From Polymyxa betae A26-41 (Eukaryota > Protista > Endomyxa: Phytomyxea), in the NCBI GenBank assembly GCA_003693705.1, contig RBZT01000127.1, forward strand, positions 29,103-93,102: a stretch of DNA of 64,000 nt. The letters run 5' to 3'. A program made the translations under genes and the position numbers. The notes under the pieces are model-generated. The model was given only the letters and a program-made list of their open reading frames with translations. It was not told the DNA's origin and searched no databases. Position 1 is the first letter of the stretch. Each line of letters starts with the position of its first letter. Of this stretch, positions 11,301 through 24,300 are shown in pieces.

Positions 11301-14300
11301 AATGGCCATGGAGGCGAATATATCACGTAGAGTAACCTCAAGCCGGGTTGTAGCTGTACTCGATATTGAGCCGCGCCAATCGTTCTGAATGGCTTTGAGA
11401 ACTTTCTGGGCATGATCTAGTTCTGTTCGAGCTCTTTTACCATTCTCTACAGCCTCATTATATTGCGATCTCAGCTGAGATTCAGATTCTTTCCATCGGT
11501 CTGCGACATGACCAGATTCCACAATTATGGTGGCAATCTGGGCCAGTATTTCCAGGCATCGTACGTGGCACTTGTTAGGAGATTGCAAGCCTGTCTTGGT
11601 TACAATTAAGATACCTGATCCCAGTGTTACTGCCGTGGAGATAAATGTTTGTGATAGAAGTGGGTATTGGCAAAGAGTTGAGTCGTTATGATGGCAATGA
11701 TCATTGGTAACTGTTGACGACACTAACAATTGTGCTAGATCATGATCCAGAATTTGAACGCCTTCCAATAATAAGGTATTGTCAGTAATAATCGGAATGT
11801 ATCGGCCTTGATTGTACTGGATCAGATTTGCAAATTTATCCATTATTGAATGGAGAGCTGTATGACCACCAGATCTCAGCTGCTGAATGGCTTCATTATG
11901 AATCCAGTTCATCACTGAGAAAAAGTCTGATAGAAATGTGTTCTCGTGACGGCATTGTTGTAATGCTTGTGTAGAGATGTTCATGGATTGTGACATTTGA
12001 TCCATATTATGACGTAGAAGTAGAGCAGATGCTGCTGATCTGGACACATAATCGCAGAACTCAATCTGTGATATATTCCATGCATTACTGCTAAATATCA
12101 ACAGCAAATAATCACTGAAAAGTCCTGAACGCAATACAAAATTTGATTGCAACTGATGGTCAACATCTTGAGCACAAATTCGAAGTAGGTCAATAGCAAC
12201 ATCAGTGGGTACAGAGACTGTTCGATTAGTTGGTGTCAGGTTCAGGATTCGCTCATCAACGTCGTTCTTTGACATCAAACGAACTTGACATGGTATGAGA
12301 AGCTCCTGGACGGTACCAAGGAATCTCTCGAATGACATAGCATTGTCAAATACATCCATAGTTAAATGAAGTAATCGCTGAAAGGAGCAGGACTTAGAAT
12401 TAGCCTGGGCCAGTGTTTCATTGGCTTCAGAAAGCTCAGCTTGTTGTGTATCAAGTTGAACTAATAATGAGGACACTTGGATCAGATACTGTATCCATAA
12501 TCCTAATATTGAACAAAATAATCGCGCTTGATCGTTATTCACAGATTGATCGGTCTCTGGTCCTACAGCAAGACATACGCCCAAAACATTATGTTCACTA
12601 TCTAGTATTGGTAAACCAATCACTGATTTCTTATCCCTAATTAATCACATCTCACACACAATCAGACACATAATATCCAATATTTCAATTACCCATCGGC
12701 AATGGTCGAGCTGGGCCAGATTGATCGCAGATCTTTGAATTGGACCCGACTTTCGGTAATGTCCTTAGACGAGCAGGTCTGCTCCAGGACTTCTGATAGA
12801 TCTGTGCAGCATGTATTACGAAATTGGTTACTTTGAGTCATATCCCGGTTACCTGAATTCAGTTCTATCATTGATGTTAAGGTTCTTAAATCAGTATATT
12901 TCAGTAATTTTTCTGTGCCAAAAACGAAGAACTGTTCCAATCCACTAAGGGATTTCCAAAATATCAGGCCGCTTTCCTCCAACATCTCACGAATATTCAT
13001 AGATAGGCCTGGGGATATCTTCCAAATCGTCTCCACAAACCTGGAAGCTAACGATGCTGCTTCACCCAATTGTAACGCTCTTTTACTGATTTTTGTCAAA
13101 CGTGACACCTGGGCTGATAACAAAACCTGCATTCGTTGACGGCTCTGACGTTCAGTCTGAGCCAGCTTAATAGCGGGTTCCAATCTATATGGATTGGGTG
13201 AGTATTGCCAAGGTTCGGTGAAATGAGTTGGTCCTCTACCGATCCTGGAGTTTCAGTGAGCTTCGATAAGATCGAACCATATCGAGTAGAATATTAGAGA
13301 CACTCTCGAGGAACTTTTGGTCGCTGCTTGAGAATCGAGATCGATTCCCTGTCTCCAGATCACATTTATTGCACACACGAATAACGCCCAATACTCCCTG
13401 GTTGATAACAGTTCAAACCTGAAATATTGTTGTGCTAATCACCATGAGCTGACCTCTTTATCGGTACCAATTGCCGACATCAGCAATGATCGTGGTTTGG
13501 GAGATGATTTCAACCCGTATGGAATTCCATCATATTCCTCATTGTATGCATCGGGTACGTCATCTTCATGATAGAAAGCCGACATCCTGTTTATACTGCC
13601 CTCAAAAAATCATCATGGTTTAGAGTTTGTCATACCTGGAAACTGCCACCTGCGTCAACAAACACACCTCATCGATTGGACATCGCACTGTCTTCAAACT
13701 TCCGGTCGTACTGGACTCCGGCCCCGATGTCCACAGGTATGTGCATGTTTGATCGAACAGCCAGAGTTGGGCACATTCCGCACCCAGAAATTTGGCCTAA
13801 CCATGTTTCGAATTAGGTTTGCAATTTCGTCAAAAGAGCGCTATTACCAAAGGACACGTATCAGGCCCGAAAACGTTATGCAATCCTTTAGACAAGGTAA
13901 CAGTTCGTGCACATTCAATTAATGAATTTGCCATCTGTAGCTGGGTCTGTAATCGTCCCAGCTCTTTACATTCATGTGTACTCTTCTGAGTTAATTCTAT
14001 TAATTTCCATTGATAAGCCATCAGCATATTGAGACGTGCAGAGACTGCTTTCATGCCCCAGAGCTCCACTCGACTAAATTCCTTCCCCTTTCCAATATAA
14101 GCGCATAACTGTCCCCTCCATCCAGCATTTTCAGCTGAATCCAGATCCTCATTTAAGGCCGGAGACATTGAGAAATCTGCACGAGAATAAGTAAGCGAAC
14201 CGGGCTATCCAACATTGTTCTGACGTGATATTGGTGAGGAATTGCTGATTGTTTCGGAATCAGGAAGCCAGCGATACCACATTTTCCCAATGCGAATCTG

Positions 14301-17300
14301 TTGATATATTTTAGTAAAATCCTGCACATCATAATGATCTGACCTGAAACATATCAGTCTGCGTAATAATAACAGACAGGGCAATGAGGGCGCCTTCCGC
14401 CACAGCTCGAACAGCGGTAGGTTCATCAACAGGGTTAATCAGATCAGTTTTAACAGCCAATGCATTCATAATGCGAATCATCTCTTCATTCTCTGCTTCA
14501 AGCTGTGCTAATTGTTCAGATGGTCCACTGGTTGACGATATATTCAGATCTTCAGAATGTTTCAGGGACGGTCTAGATCTTGGTGTAACAGGTTCACTGT
14601 TAACAACAATCTCAGACTCCATTGAAAAGATTTTCTTTCGGGTAGGTCGACGAGAACCGGCGCGACTGGACCTATGTGAAGATATTGTCGATGTGACCGA
14701 TGGCGATCGCGATGGTGATCTCATAACGGCTGCGACCGTGACCGGCTCGGTTGCAGTGGCATTCAAAGATCGTCCGGAATCCCCAGAGCCGTACGATTGC
14801 GATTCTTCAGCGATATCAGAAATGCTATCGCTGGGACCGAATATGCTCTGCAGGTTGAGATTCTTCATATCTAACGATGAGATAACACGTTCATGAAGAC
14901 GTCGGGGTCGGGGAGGTGATAGAGGCAGTTCATCTTGCACGTCAGGCACTATCTTGGGTAGAACATATTCAATCTCACCGCCCATGAACTCGATCGTATC
15001 AGCGCTATCATCGGTTTCGATAATCAATGCTGCCATCACTTCGTTCACTTCTTCGATATCGCGACCTTCACCTGAACGTGATAATCGTCGAAATGACGAC
15101 CTTTTCAGTAGCGGTGAATTGATCTCTGACTTGGCCAATGGTAACGAGACTGGTTTTGTATCCAGATTGTTGATTAAAACATGTCGAGTTGTTCGCTTAT
15201 TGTCAGCGCTCTCCGAATCGGAATTACCAGTGGCTGTTGCTTCCAATAAATTCGAGACCGATCCGGCATGAAGCAGAGCAAAGCTTTTGATTCGTGCTTC
15301 AGCCGAAGTTGAACGGGTAATGCTGGGTCCGGCATCATCTTGTTCAGTATCGCTATTAAATTCTGTCGACATCCAATCCCTCCATGCTGAGACCGGCTCT
15401 GACGATGATCCTGTTAGATCCACGTTCATACGTCCGGCGAATGATTCGATCATATTGGCATCAATCTGGTCACCGTTTGTCAACGATGACGATCGGGATA
15501 AACGAACATCGTCATCAGATAGCATAATAGTGGAATTAACCCGAACCGCAGAAGGTGGTTTATGGACTTCTTCCATGGGTATCACTGCTGTCTGATTAGA
15601 TTCAATCGGTTGCGGTTCGTCGTCAACAGGTCGATGGCGCATTGTCGCTGATGCATTAAACTGGTTGTGTTTTCGATCGAGAAACGACCCGCACATGTTG
15701 GCAAATATTGATAGAATTACAGAGAAGTGGTTGGCGAATTTTGTGGCTTCTACGCCGGCAAATACAACGGCAATAACTCTGCCCAGATTATCCAACCTAA
15801 GGTGACACCAACACGTCAATAACGGTACATCCTAACCAAATCATATAACACGATCTTACAATGGAGTGCAGGTGACTAAAAGAGGGTAGGCTACTTTAGC
15901 TACATGAACGTTATTTCGTATAGTGATACATCGGGAATCAATCGTCTGTTTAGCGAGACGTCTAAATGCAGGCGAATGTGAGATCTTATCAACTCTTTCA
16001 AGGCGATATGGTAACAAATGTCGCGGCATGACAGAAGCAATGGCAACCAGCTCAGCATCGAGCGCATCACGTAGCGCTGCTGCCACCTTTGTAGAGAAAT
16101 TACTTGGGTAAAGGTCGCCAGACTCACCATCGAACAACTTCGTAATTAGTTCGCAACCATTAACCTGGGCTTTATATCGATCACGGTCAAGAGTGATAGT
16201 AGAAAGATCCTTTTCAAATCCTTCGAATTGATCTCGTACACGACGTTCACGACGTAATGCGGTACATAGCCTTCTGCAAAATAGCTTTACCATCTCTAGA
16301 TCTGTGCTGGTAAATTGTTGTCCATCATTCTTTCCGATCAATTCCACGACTCCATAATCAATAGATTCGCCGTCTGCATTTGTATCAAATGCTGGGACAC
16401 ATAACAGTGATGAACAACGGCGATAATCGAAATCGGCTGGAACATCGATTTCTGGATCGAATTCGTGATGATTCAGCAGAGCGTCATTAAGCATAGTATG
16501 CTGTCTTCTAATCTGAACAGAGCCAACAATCCCAAATCCCAGCTTCTTTCGGTGTTCACTAGCAGCATTCGCATGGTCCCCGCTAAAACATATCAACTCT
16601 TTGCTCTCCTCAGAGATGAGCCATATTCGACAGACTTGGCATTTGAGTGCAGATTGTAATTGGGTCTGAGCCCAGGATAATACTGAAGAGTTTCGGGCTC
16701 TCTCTGATTCTATATTGCTGACAATCGTGATCATATTCAAAAGTATTTCGCAGCGTTCAGCACTGGATGCTTCTTTCTCTTTGAGGTTTAAAGAGTTTAA
16801 ACGGAGTCGTAAAACATCAGCGGCAAGTTTGGCAGAATCGATTTGAGAGGAAGTGGAAACCCCTTCCAGATAGAGAGCATTTTTTGCAGTATCGCCATTT
16901 TCAAGTATTGGGTAGCAGGCAAATGAGTCTCTCCTGATGGTTTTCTTGAGATTGGCACTTTCTTGAACAATCTCTGGACAGGTTCGTATCTTCTTTGATG
17001 ATGTATCAAGAAGAGTAGCTGCTGTGCATGGAATAGAAGAGGATATAATACTCTCTAATCCTTTTTCTGATACTTTTGGTGACCAATCGCAGAGATATTG
17101 TACCATATTAGAAAGGGACCCGATTTGCTTCTGATGTTCCTCATTTGATTGTGACATGATTTCATGACGAACGGTCAGTAATCTTTCCTCAAATGCCTTC
17201 TGCGATGAGGCAATCTGCATCTCTAGATCATTAACGCGCTCTTTCAATGTTTGACTTTGCTGGGATTCCACCTTGAGATTCAACAATGCTTCTTGTAAAT

Positions 17301-17634
17301 CTAACTTCACAATCTCATTCTCCCTTCTTATCTTAGAATTTTCGGATTTTAAGCTTTCACTTTCGGCTTGTATTTCTTTAATCTCATTGGATTTAGCAAC
17401 ATCTGTGCGATAAAGAGAGATGTCGGATCTGTTGATATTGGCGAACACAGCTTGATCAGGAATCACCGATGCTACCGACCCATTTGTAGGCGAAATAGAA
17501 ATCGGGACATCATGTAAAATTTGCTTGATATCTGCATCGGTATCTTGAGTGATCTGTTCGGCGAGCCGAGAGAACATTGTCTTCCATTTGAGATCGTCGG
17601 CCTGGTCATCTGCCGACTCTGAATCGGTCTCCAT
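8330..17634 (-). CDS. Giant coiled-coil protein with multiple GAF domains (multi-exon, probably one gene)
   Basis: Repeated GAF signatures (SSLLCVPA...GVVELIGK..FT..D; GVIRVCNK..F..SD; DISTDPRYNPDSD..SSILYIPL; DERYSEFPD; SIMAVPV..IIGVVE) joined across short GT-AG introns. Confidence 0.75.
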
Positions 17635-18344
17635 TGACACTGTTGCACAGATATATGAAGCTATGAAGTCATGAAGTCATGCTATTATCTGCTGAAGATA
17701 TAAACAAGTTATAGTTGTATCTCAGGATTCTAGCCCTATATCAATAGTTAGGTCAACTTCACCTGTTATGTAACATTAAATACATACAAGTGCAATGTAA
17801 AGCAGCAGCCCAATCTCGAATAGGAATACCGGTACGGTCTGTTCAAGTCAGCAACAATTATTGTCAATGTACTGAGCAACCAACTTCATATCTGCTATCC
17901 TCTGAACATGTTTTTACATCTGTTATTCTATCCCGGAATTAAATATTTGGTCGGAATCATATACACAGTATCTTGTCTTATCGAATTGTCGCAGTTATGC
18001 GGGAGTTGGCATTTGGGTCAGCCTCAGACAGCATGAACGACCTGAGCTAGATCGTAAAACGATTCCGGACTACAGTTGTTATGATCAAGTAAGCCATACG
18101 AATTAATGACCAACAGCAATGGTATTTCTGGTAAGAAGATGATATAGACAGACATTACATGGTATTGTTACAAGTGAAAAGTGACAGAGATGAGAGATAA
18201 ACTGGTGACTACTGACTAGGGTTTGTACTGTATTGTTACTGGTTAGATAGTACATGTGTATATAGACTAGCTATGTGTACACAACGAGTGGAACAGTACA
18301 GGAATTCAAGTGGTGAGAAACCCTAATGGCAGTCAATGTGCGTC

Positions 18345-18395
18345 ACTGGACCAGCTCGTGACCAAGTCTAAATCATGGTCACGAGCTGGTCCAGT
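18345..18395. repeat. Perfect 20-bp inverted repeat (hairpin) with an 11-nt loop
   Basis: ACTGGACCAGCTCGTGACCA (18345-18364) and TGGTCACGAGCTGGTCCAGT (18376-18395). Confidence 0.95.
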
Positions 18396-18664
18396 AGTAC
18401 AGAGGTAGACATGCACTAGTTACTATTAGCATGCCATTTCAGATATTATTCATCATCATCTCTGACATATAGACACAGATATTCATATATATTAGGGGTT
18501 GGAATCCTGATCCTCTGGCTAATACCATGTACTAATTAGTTATTGTAGTAGAGTCGGCCCCGATCTATTCATCAATATCATCATCAGATCTCACGGTACC
18601 TGATCAATATATTCAGAATTCTCATTCTGACACATCATCCATTTACTTACAAAATTAATATCAA

Positions 18665-19258
18665 ATGGCAACTGCAGATGATAGCCTTCTACTTAACAAA
18701 TGGTTACTTCAACGTGTCTTCATACGCAAGGGCCGGTACGTCGGTCATCTGGGTCAGGTTGTTGGCTCTATCAATGGTCGTGTTCGGGTCCAGATTGGTG
18801 ATGATATAGTTAATAAGCAGGAATGTCAATTAGAGCTATATGATGCATCACTACATTCATCAATGAATGATATTATACCTGGTATTAGTAAACCTATACG
18901 TCCACCTACAAGATCATCACCAAGTCTTATTGGATCTCGAGTTCGAATATTGAATGGCAAATTTGGTGGTTATTGTGGCCTTGTTAGTAAAGGTGGTAAT
19001 GGATACTTTGCTGTACACATCGATACTGGTCTCAACAATTCTAATCCTTCATCAATTGTCATGAAACGCAGCTCTGAGCTGGTTATATTATCAAATAGTA
19101 CATGCAAGGAGCAAGGAGAGACGATTACTATGACAAGTAATAATAATGAAGATGTACACAAGGCTGCTATTATATTACTTGATTTAATGCAATCAGAGAT
19201 CGGATCAAGGAAAAGATGTCGATCACCAGATCGATTTGAGACAATTGAGGGATTTTGA
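18665..19258 (+). CDS. Small intronless protein with two KOW-like motifs
   Basis: RVFIRKGRYVGHLGQV and IGSRVRILNGKFGGYCGLV; C-terminal AAIILLDL and RKRCRSP. Confidence 0.65.
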   Translation: MATADDSLLLNKWLLQRVFIRKGRYVGHLGQVVGSINGRVRVQIGDDIVNKQECQLELYDASLHSSMNDIIPGISKPIRPPTRSSPSLIGSRVRILNGKFGGYCGLVSKGGNGYFAVHIDTGLNNSNPSSIVMKRSSELVILSNSTCKEQGETITMTSNNNEDVHKAAIILLDLMQSEIGSRKRCRSPDRFETIEGF

Positions 19259-20191
19259 TCTAGATGATGATCTAGATCAGAGAGGACTTCATATATCATA
19301 CTCATATGATTCTGCTTAGATCTATCTAATTTATCATTAGACAGATCTATGTTCACCTATGAATAATGACATTCTTAATACATCTATTGAGTATTGGATA
19401 TAATTCGATCTGAAACTAAATTCAATTAATGATGTATCTCTACAGACACCCAGTCGATAATTATATTCAGATATCACAATCAATGCCCAAAAGTTCAGTT
19501 TACAATTGCAATTTCTATATCAACAAATTTACTCTTCAAACAATACCATCACATCAATCAGGTTGGTGTCGTGGACCAGTATGTTCGTCAATCCCAATGT
19601 ATCGTTTCTGCGAATGATAACCTAAGGACGTAGTAATGCAGACCATATTTTTCAAGTGTTGATCGAGCTCTGAATGACCAGTAGTAAATAGAGTAGAGAA
19701 TAGAATGAAATAATATATATGCATGCATACAGTATTAGAGCCATATATCCTGCAATGAATCGGTTTAAGTATCTAGTTTTGGCAGCTATCTCAGTGACTA
19801 TTAACATTGATATAAAATTACATATCAGCAGTCAGCTATCGCATAGATAGTTCAAATTTTAAAATTTGAAATTACAAGTATTCAATCCACTAAAATAGGT
19901 CAAGCAGAACTTCTACATTTGCCACTTAAACGTTTTGCATAATAGATAGTATAAACCAATATGACAAAATCGACTGATAAACTAGTTACAAGTCTGAAAA
20001 TACATCAATGAAGATCGTTTTGGACCGTAAATGAGTGGCATATTTCATCATAGTGAGAAGTCTTGTTATGATGTTAGAGATAATCGAATATCCTATATCG
20101 ATGAATGGACCCGGTTTCATATGAATACCGACATACTGGCCCTCTCAACTAAATTCATTTGTTTAATACTTGAATAATTTGTAAAGCGAAC

Positions 20192-21112
20192 ATGACCGAG
20201 CTTATAGCTGGATGTCTGTATCGATTAACAGGCGATAAGGAGGGAGGACATCATAATTCCTATGCATTAATTAATGATAGACGTGAGATTATGCTATTTG
20301 ATGGTATTATGCCACAAGCCATACCTGCTATATCTGCTATCTTGGGCATTAATAATCTAAGTATATATTAGTAGTAAGAACTCACAACCAGAGAATCTTA
20401 ATATCATATCTAGTCGGGGTCATACTCACCCATCGACATATCCCGGCTATCGTTGGACGTGAAGGGATTGAGGAATGGCGAGCTAGATTCGGGAAGGATG
20501 TCCCATTCTTTCTATCTATCTCAGAGGCATCACATCGATCAGCTATGGAGGCATTGCCTCTATATGATAAATACATAGATCCAGTTAATAATCGGATCTT
20601 GACTGAATTTGGTATCGAGACGATCCCATTCCCTGGACATACTCAAGGAAGCTGTCTCTTCTATCATCAAGATAAACAGATGATATTTACTGGAGGTAGG
20701 TCTTCTCATCCTGATTTCTCTTCCATACTGCTACAATTGTTCTGATCATTGTTGTTTTATAGCTATATTATTGTTTGATTTGCTTGCTATTTGCAATATT
20801 ACAGACAAATAATTGTTGCTGCCAGATTGTGCAACGGGTCCAGGAGGCACATTCCGATCGGGTCAGGATAAATGGGTTCGTCCACCTAATAACTTATCGG
20901 AAGATGATGAACGTCTTCGTTCGAATTGGAAGAATTTTTTGAAATCGAGCGGAGGTCAGTTCTTTGGTGGGCGATCGGTTCGTTCGGTGATTCCTGGTCA
21001 TGGTGAATGTATTATCGATCAAGATCAAGATCACATTGATCAACTTTTATTAAATTTAACAACTGATCAACTTACACCAAACCTTAATGTAAGCTCGATG
21101 AGATCTGAATGA
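20192..21112 (+). CDS. Metallo-beta-lactamase-fold protein (3 exons)
   Basis: NSYAL..MLFD, VILTHRH, FPGHTQGS, IFTGD (across an intron), VIPGHG. Confidence 0.8.
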
Positions 21113-21256
21113 GTCATTAAGGTTGAACTGCAATCGATTCTGTTTTGTACTAAAGATTTTGAAGTCTCCTATAATAATAAAATCAAAATTTCCAGTCTTG
21201 CTATGATCTACTAACGAACGAATTGGCATTCATATCCCAAAAAATTTAGCCATTTA

Positions 21257-22384
21257 CTACGATTGCTTTAAATTGGCCCTAACGGTTAGCCTGGACCTTA
21301 GTCTGGTATAGATAAATCGAAACCAAATCGCTACCCAAACCGCCACCGTTACGAACAATATTCGGGAATGCTTCACCATTCCGAATCCTTTATGCAATGG
21401 CCGTGACTTAACAGCCATGTAAATAACAGTCCATAGCAGACCGGCTATATGCGAATACGAACGATCCAGAACGCCACCATGAGACGACAACAAATTACTC
21501 GTATCCTTCAGCATATGAAAACGCTAATAAAAATATCAGTAAAACTATTCGCGAAAGTTTTTAAAAAAGACCTTCCAGGTGGAAATAGAGAGATCGCCGA
21601 TGATGCCGCATATTAGCAATCCATTATACCAGAGTAAGTACGATGGATCCAATGGGTCGATCGCAATTAGAAAACAGACAAAATTACATAGAATTAATCC
21701 ACCAAAATACCCCTCCAGCGTCTTATTAGGGCTAATCTCTGGCACAGGTTTATAACGCCCGAATTTTTTTCCGATAAAGTATTGGAACGAATCCGAAGCA
21801 GCCACGATCGAAATATGAGCAATGAAATCATCTGTAGGAGAGCACGTAAACACCTAAACAGCGGTTAAAATCTCTCATTATGACATTGTGACAGCAATAG
21901 AACCTGTGTAGATGCCGTTAAGGCAAGCATGAAGAACAATACGCTAGCGATATCTTTCCATGGAGCTCGCAATACGCACATGACAATGAATATACCAATA
22001 TTTCGTATAATGGCGAACCTCCAGACTACATCTTGCTGCCATACTATCAAGTACCAATCTATACAGCTGGATATCAGGCCAGCAAATGCCACTAATCGCG
22101 ATAGCAGAAGCCTTTCCGAGGCACTCCTATGATATCCCAAAAGCAAAAGAAACGCTACCTGCCAAAGCTATTAAGAAATTCTCCAATCAGACAATCTAAG
22201 AGAATACCTCGTGCCAAACCAGACAAAGACAAAAGAACCAGACCGGAACTGGGAACCTATTCAGCACGAAGACGAAGAACATATGGAGACAGAAGCCGAC
22301 GGGTACTCGTTGGCGATACCAAGGTGAAGGTGGCTTGGTGACATGATGCAGTGCATCTGATGATGCTGATGTTGTATTGCTCAT
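21257..22384 (-). CDS. Phosphatidate cytidylyltransferase-family (CTP_transf_1, CdsA-like) membrane protein
   Basis: SDSFQYFIGKKFG, ISPNKTLEG, GDL..S.WKR..KDTSNLLSSHGGVLDR. Confidence 0.85.
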
Positions 22385-22732
22385 TAAATGACGAATACAA
22401 TTGGAACAGGACTTCTTCCCGGTGGCGCAGCCTTTACTGCTTAAATATCATCTGACTCTGCTGACGTATTATAATCTATCATTTATATATGATATCATTC
22501 TATGGTCACATCATCTCAGGGTACAATCTTCACAATGAGATCTCGCTCACTCGGGATTAATTTATGACAGATTTCATTACTGTTAAGCCCCAGCATCCCA
22601 TCTCAATCAATTCCCATACATTGAGTGGGGACAGATTTCAAGACACGGACTAAGACGAGATTCAGTTATTCGTGTCGATATCAGATTAGGAGCGTGCAAA
22701 TCGTAGCTGGGTGTTTTTTTTAGTTTTAATGA

Positions 22733-23758
22733 TCAACTTTTTTTATCTGTTGTCTCATCGAGTACAGCTTCCAAGGATTGCTTACTCTTACGACAGTGCA
22801 CGATGTAGTTGTTGTCGAGATCATCGAATGAGAGCTGGAACTGACATCGGAGCGGGTCGAACACTATGCCAGCTTGACTGTGAACAGCCAGGCCAGCAGA
22901 TGTTGCCATGTCAGCTAATTGTGATGGCGTTATGAATTTATGCCAATCGTGTGTGCCTGAGAATCAGTGAGTTTGGCATCATTTCACACTGATTGAAAGC
23001 ACCAATTGGTACAATTCTCGTAATATATTCAGCCGCAATGATGGAAAGTAAATAAGATTTTGTAGTTCTGCTGATGGTTGATAAAAATAAATGCCCATCA
23101 TCCTATCAATATATCAACATTCCTTCCAGATTCTCATGCCATCGGATAACCTTCAATAATTTCTCAAGGCTGGATAAGAACTCTCTAGGATTATTGACAT
23201 GTTCGACAACTTCTAAACATGTCACAACATTGAATTTCTCTTCTTCCTTGATTATAAGGTTCTCAACTGTTCCATGATGATATCGCAGATTTTGATGCAA
23301 AACGGGATCGTTATGAGCGTGGTCCATAGCTGCCTCTATGGCTTCTTTGGATGCATCTAAACCTGTAACTTGAGCACCTAGTCGAGTTAAACTCTGAACA
23401 TCATGTTGACATAAGCAGAGAATAACCGAAAGCGAATTGTTCAACTTCTGTAAGGATACCAGCGCCACATCCAACATCTAGAACACGAAATCCCTCCATT
23501 GGATATGAAGAATGAACTTGATTTAAGGATTCTGTTATAAATTGTACCCTGGATGTATTCATGGCATGTAAAGGCCACCTTGGAGATATATTTAAACCAC
23601 ATCAATGATTGAATATCAGCTGAAACATACATTGGTCCATTGTACTGCCACCAGGTCGATGCAAGATCTGAGAACTTGCTGACCTCAGCCTTATCGACAG
23701 ATGAAGAGATCAAACGCCGGCCCAGGATTGGGACCAGGCGACCAGCTCGTGACACCAT
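22733..23758 (-). CDS. COQ3: Ubiquinone biosynthesis O-methyltransferase
   Basis: SSVDKAEVSKFSDLASTWW, LTRLGAQVTGLDAS, LEVVEHV, STISRT..SY...AAEYI...GTHDW. Confidence 0.93.
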
Positions 23759-23910
23759 TATGGCATATATGTGTCAGACCAATCTATTTGAACTTTATAG
23801 ATGCACCATACCGTGACGCAGCAGATATTGATATCACACAATCAATTACAGACAGAAAATGAAATATCAATTGATTAATGTTCAAGCAAATAAAGTTTCA
23901 ATAAATGTAT

Positions 23911-24300
23911 TTAGATAAGAAGCTTCTCAATGGCGTCACGAAGAGGGTCAATTTGGGCCTTCAATTGCGAACCTTCATTGGTAAGAATGGAGCAGGCCAC
24001 AACAGGACGAGAGACACCACAAGCACGACCCAGAGCGTCCTTTGAAGCCACGAACACGTATGGGACATTCTTGTCTTCACAAAGAAGAGGAAGATGTAGA
24101 AGAATTTCCAAAGGTTCAGTATCAGCTGCCATGATGATCAACTCAGAGATACCACGATTCAAGGTTTTCGTGGCCTCGTTGGCACCTTTCTTGAGTTGCT
24201 TGTAATTAGCAGCTTGATTGACAACATCATGGATCAGGACAGTGAGATTGGCATCGGCCAAAGGGAATGCCTTAGGGTTTGGTTTCGAATCAATAGCCAT
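23911..24300 (-). CDS. SNU13: SNU13 / NHP2L1 (15.5K) snoRNP and U4 snRNP protein
   Basis: [36 protein letters not shown]. Confidence 0.98.
   Translation of the reverse strand: MAIDSKPNPKAFPLADANLTVLIHDVVNQAANYKQLKKGANEATKTLNRGISELIIMAADTEPLEILLHLPLLCEDKNVPYVFVASKDALGRACGVSRPVVACSILTNEGSQLKAQIDPLRDAIEKLLI

Noticed and set aside
14384-15595. Plus-strand Ser-rich ORFs
   Set aside because: Antisense shadows of the disordered exon of the GAF gene
19851-19870. Perfect 20-bp palindrome TTCAAATTTTAAAATTTGAA
   Set aside because: Low-complexity AT-rich sequence with no supporting context
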